Assembly (NCBI GenBank): GCA_002729175.1
Contig: PBTS01000032.1
Location: 13,070 to 31,292, forward strand
Source of the DNA: Fidelibacterota bacterium
Lineage (GTDB): Bacteria; Fidelibacterota; Marinisomatia; Marinisomatales; S15-B10
DNA: 18,223 nt
Direction: 5' to 3'
Positions within the stretch are counted from its first letter, which is position 1. Each line of letters starts with the position of its first letter. This document shows, one piece after another, positions 15,207-18,223 of the stretch. The notes beneath the pieces were generated by a model that worked only from the letters and a program-made list of their open reading frames with translations, had not been told where the DNA came from and did no database searches. Both the position numbers and the translations under genes were made by a program.

Positions 15207-16850
15207 TTAATTGGTTCTTTCCTTAAAAGACCAATTAGCAAGCAGTACTGTTCTGGGGTCGATGGCCACCTTTTTAGGTTTTAATTCCGCAGGAATGGAA
15301 TATGAAGATTTCCTTTTGGTTACACTCCTTTGTTCAACATTGGGCGCAACTTTTCCCTCTTCATAAATCCCGAATTCAATAGGAAATGAGAATAAATATC
15401 CATCATTCTGAACTTGTTGGATATCAATGATAATTTCTTTTTTCTTATCGTCATATTTCCATGAACCGTCAAGAACTATGTGACCTCCTTGGTATAGCCA
15501 TTGATTAAAGAACATGTCAAGATCCAAACCAGATACAATCTCCATTTCATGTTTAAAGTCATCGGTTGTAGCATTGGAATTCATATATCGGGAATAATAA
15601 TTCCGAATAGCTTCTTGAAATTTTTCATCGCCAATCAGATTCCTCAACATGTGAAGAATCCATGCACCTTTCTGATAGGTTTGACCGGAAGTAACCTGAC
15701 TCATATCTGAAAGATTGTTATGAACAATTCGATAGTTCTTATGATCTTCATAATAATCGAATACACGTTCTCTGGAAGAAATCAATCCGGAGACGAAATC
15801 CTCTCGACCATAAGCATGTTCCCTAAACAACAAAGTGAAGTAGGTGGCGAACCCTTCGCTTAACCAAACATCATCCCAATCATATTCGGTGACTGCGTTA
15901 CCAAACCACTGATGTGCGACCTCATGAATAATGACATTTCTCCATCGGGATGTTCGCTTACCAGTAACAGAATTGTCTCCATAGAAAATGGCTGTCGCTG
16001 CCTCCATGCCACCACCCACACTGTTTGATTGAATGTTGGCAAGCTTTTCATAGGCAAAAGGACCTACATAATCAGAAAAAAATTGAAGGGTATGTTTAGT
16101 AGGAACGGCAAAATCATAGAATCCTGCTTCTCGGTCCTGTTTATAAACCCAGGTTTGAATGGATTTGTCCTCAAATGTATCAACATATTGTATAGCAAAT
16201 TCGGCCACACCTAATACATACAGCCAGCACGAAATAGGAACAGCCTGCTTCCAGTGAGTTCTTTTAAGACCGTCATTAAGATTACTTTCTTCAACAAGAA
16301 GCCCGTTAGATATTACCTGGTAATGATTGGGGGCAATTACAATCATTTCTGAGGTGGCTTTTTCATAGGGATGATCTATGGTAGGTAGCCAATGTCTGGC
16401 TCGGTTTGGCCAGTTATCACTGAAAAAGGTGCGATCACCGTATTTATTTGGGGCAATTTTTAATCCAGAGACAGGCACCCCATAATAATCGATAGTCAGA
16501 GATATTACCTGGTTTACTCTTGATGGTTGATCTAGGACAATAGTCAGTACGTTTTCCCGGTGGACATATTTTTGGGTGCGGCCATTCAAAGTCACCTTAG
16601 ATACTTCCATTCCCTTACCTTCACTGGTATCGTCTTTATTGACCAGATCAAGGCGAATTTTCTTTAGTCCCTTAACCTTGAAAAGGATGTAAAGGGTAGC
16701 ACTCCCCCGGATAATATCCTCATCATCGGAAAAGATAAGTTCAAAACGATAATGAAGTATGTCAATATCCGGATTTTTTGGATAGTTGTCAGCATTTAAT
16801 TGCCCAACAAAAAAATATGAACAAAAAAGTAAGAGAAATGATTTTTTCAT
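15207..16850 (-). CDS. secreted M1-family zinc aminopeptidase
   Basis: Signal peptide MKKSFLLLF...LNA, GGME exopeptidase motif, HEVAH-X18-E (WLSEGFATY) and YQKG. Confidence 0.92.
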   Translation of the reverse strand: MKKSFLLLFCSYFFVGQLNADNYPKNPDIDILHYRFELIFSDDEDIIRGSATLYILFKVKGLKKIRLDLVNKDDTSEGKGMEVSKVTLNGRTQKYVHRENVLTIVLDQPSRVNQVISLTIDYYGVPVSGLKIAPNKYGDRTFFSDNWPNRARHWLPTIDHPYEKATSEMIVIAPNHYQVISNGLLVEESNLNDGLKRTHWKQAVPISCWLYVLGVAEFAIQYVDTFEDKSIQTWVYKQDREAGFYDFAVPTKHTLQFFSDYVGPFAYEKLANIQSNSVGGGMEAATAIFYGDNSVTGKRTSRWRNVIIHEVAHQWFGNAVTEYDWDDVWLSEGFATYFTLLFREHAYGREDFVSGLISSRERVFDYYEDHKNYRIVHNNLSDMSQVTSGQTYQKGAWILHMLRNLIGDEKFQEAIRNYYSRYMNSNATTDDFKHEMEIVSGLDLDMFFNQWLYQGGHIVLDGSWKYDDKKKEIIIDIQQVQNDGYLFSFPIEFGIYEEGKVAPNVEQRSVTKRKSSYSIPAELKPKKVAIDPRTVLLANWSFKERTN

Positions 16851-16872
16851 ATTTTACGAATACTGCTTGTAA

Positions 16873-18063
16873 TCATGACGCATGAGGTAAACGAATTTCT
16901 ATGGAGGTCCCTTTCCCGATCTCCGATGACTTAATTTGAATGGAGCCCTCCAGAAAGTCTTCTACAATACGCTGGACCATACTGAGTCCCACGCCCCACC
17001 CCCGTTCCTTGGTGGTATAACCGGGCCGAAAGACATTTTTCCAGTCTCGGCGGACAATGCCCCTACCGTTATCATTGACTGTAATTGAAACTTCCGTGTC
17101 CATTATCTCTGACCTGAGCGTCACTTCACCGGACTCTTTGTCAATGGAGTCAACAGCATTCTTGATAAGATTCTCCAATACCCAAGTGAGCAGCGTAGGT
17201 GATGTCGTCACAGTAACATCTTGGCTTTTCACACTTAGTTTTACATTCTCGGCACTACTGGGCAAACGGCGCTGGAAGTAAGATTTCAGATCTTCTAAAA
17301 CTGTTTTTACTTCCACCGTCTCCATCTTTGGCACAGAGCCCATGCGTGAGAAACGTTCGTTGATCTCCTGAAGTCGCAATACATCTGTGTCCATTTCTGA
17401 AGCGAGCTGAGATGATTCCTCAGGATGATCCTTCAGGCGCTCTACCCACCCCATGAGCGACGAGACAGGCGTTCCCAGCTGATGGGCCGTTTCCCGGGCC
17501 ATGCCGAACCAGATGTGCTGTTTTTCTGTTTTCCGAATCACCTGAAAACCAGAAAAGCCAAAGAAAATGAAAAGGGCCACAGCACCAATCTCGATGTAGG
17601 GCAACATTTTCAACCGCCTGATAAGGACCGAATCACCAAAGTGGAGATGACCAAGCTCGTATACTTGCGGTTGAAAACCAGTTTCGCCTTCCAAGGTCAC
17701 CACTAGCGGAATGGGGTTGTTTTGAGAATCCATGGCCGCCATCATCTGCTGAACCTTGACTTTATCAATTTCATCGTCGTTTCCAATATTTCGCCAGTTC
17801 ACAGGATTCCCGTCAATATCAGATTGGATAATGGGGAAAGTCACTTTCAGGATAATTTCTCTAAATATAAAGTCCAGTTCGTTATCGTCAGCACTTGTAA
17901 CGCTCTTGGCAATGATCTGGGCATAGAGCGAAACGGTCTCGCGGCTTTCATTCCGTAGGTCATTAATAATAGATTGGGTATAAATAAAAAGGCCGGTGAT
18001 CAGGATTACAGCTCCCAGAAAAAGAGCGCCCTTGATATTGCCAGCCTGCTTGTAAATCCGCAT
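16873..18063 (-). CDS. membrane-bound sensor histidine kinase
   Basis: Two TM segments flank a ~120-aa extracytoplasmic region; H-box ETAHQLGTP, N-box ENLIKNA, G1 DNGRG, F-box VFRPGYTTK, G2 GWGVGL. Confidence 0.93.
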   Translation of the reverse strand: MRIYKQAGNIKGALFLGAVILITGLFIYTQSIINDLRNESRETVSLYAQIIAKSVTSADDNELDFIFREIILKVTFPIIQSDIDGNPVNWRNIGNDDEIDKVKVQQMMAAMDSQNNPIPLVVTLEGETGFQPQVYELGHLHFGDSVLIRRLKMLPYIEIGAVALFIFFGFSGFQVIRKTEKQHIWFGMARETAHQLGTPVSSLMGWVERLKDHPEESSQLASEMDTDVLRLQEINERFSRMGSVPKMETVEVKTVLEDLKSYFQRRLPSSAENVKLSVKSQDVTVTTSPTLLTWVLENLIKNAVDSIDKESGEVTLRSEIMDTEVSITVNDNGRGIVRRDWKNVFRPGYTTKERGWGVGLSMVQRIVEDFLEGSIQIKSSEIGKGTSIEIRLPHAS

Positions 18064-18097
18064 ACAAACCCTTCGCAGGGAAATTAGCGCGGCATGC

Positions 18098-18223
18098 TCA
18101 CATTATATAACCATTTCCCTGAAGATAGGCGATGATACTATCCACTTCTTCCTCTAATGTTGTCGTGGAAGTGTCCAGCGTCATTTCAGCATTTTCAGGT
18201 TCCTCATAAGGATCATCAATTCC
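18098..18223 (-). CDS. cysC: C-terminal fragment of an adenylyl-sulfate (APS) kinase or a bifunctional Sat/CysN-CysC protein; partial
   Basis: Manual translation gives GIDDPYEEPENAEMTLDTSTTTLEEEVDSIIAYLQGNGYIM* (stop 18100-18098). This matches the conserved (FT)GI(D/S)xPYExP...lDT C-terminus of APS kinases. Confidence 0.78.
   Translation of the reverse strand, partial: GIDDPYEEPENAEMTLDTSTTTLEEEVDSIIAYLQGNGYIM

Noticed and set aside
1908..17958. Numerous 60-160 aa ORFs in the track that are antisense to or out of frame within the major genes (e.g. 4045-4518, 3848-4252, 10835-11272, 12824-13228)
   Set aside because: All overlap well-supported genes and show no recognisable motifs, as expected for shadow ORFs.
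1..18223. Defence island, prophage, IS element, CRISPR array, tRNA or rRNA
   Set aside because: I saw no integrase, transposase, cas or phage genes and no spaced repeats. The intergenic gaps are all under ~135 nt, with no tRNA-like sequence.

Overview
This is a gene-dense bacterial chromosomal window with no mobile element, CRISPR array or RNA gene that I can support. Positions 1-9267 form a tightly coupled minus-strand operon: polA, an ABC-2-type ATPase with several non-canonical motifs, an ABC-2 permease, a nucleoside 2-deoxyribosyltransferase-like protein, a BadF-type N-acetyl-amino-sugar kinase, alanine racemase, and a GH3 NagZ/serine-hydrolase (AmiE-like) fusion. The fusion runs off the left edge and is missing from the ORF track. 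Divergently on the plus strand are an aldo/keto reductase, a 1012-aa APH-kinase/M23-peptidase/class-III PLP-enzyme fusion, and an Fe-type SOD that ends in a strong hairpin. Converging from the right on the minus strand are a CysC-like C-terminus, an orphan sensor kinase, a secreted M1 aminopeptidase and ppk2. Most of this is recognisable housekeeping or catabolism. The best leads for new biology are the polA-linked salvage/cell-wall recycling operon (with its NDT-like enzyme and atypical ABC ATPase) and the role of the cytoplasmic M23 domain in the kinase-phospholyase fusion. An FCB-group organism such as Marinimicrobia is my impression only and was not tested.
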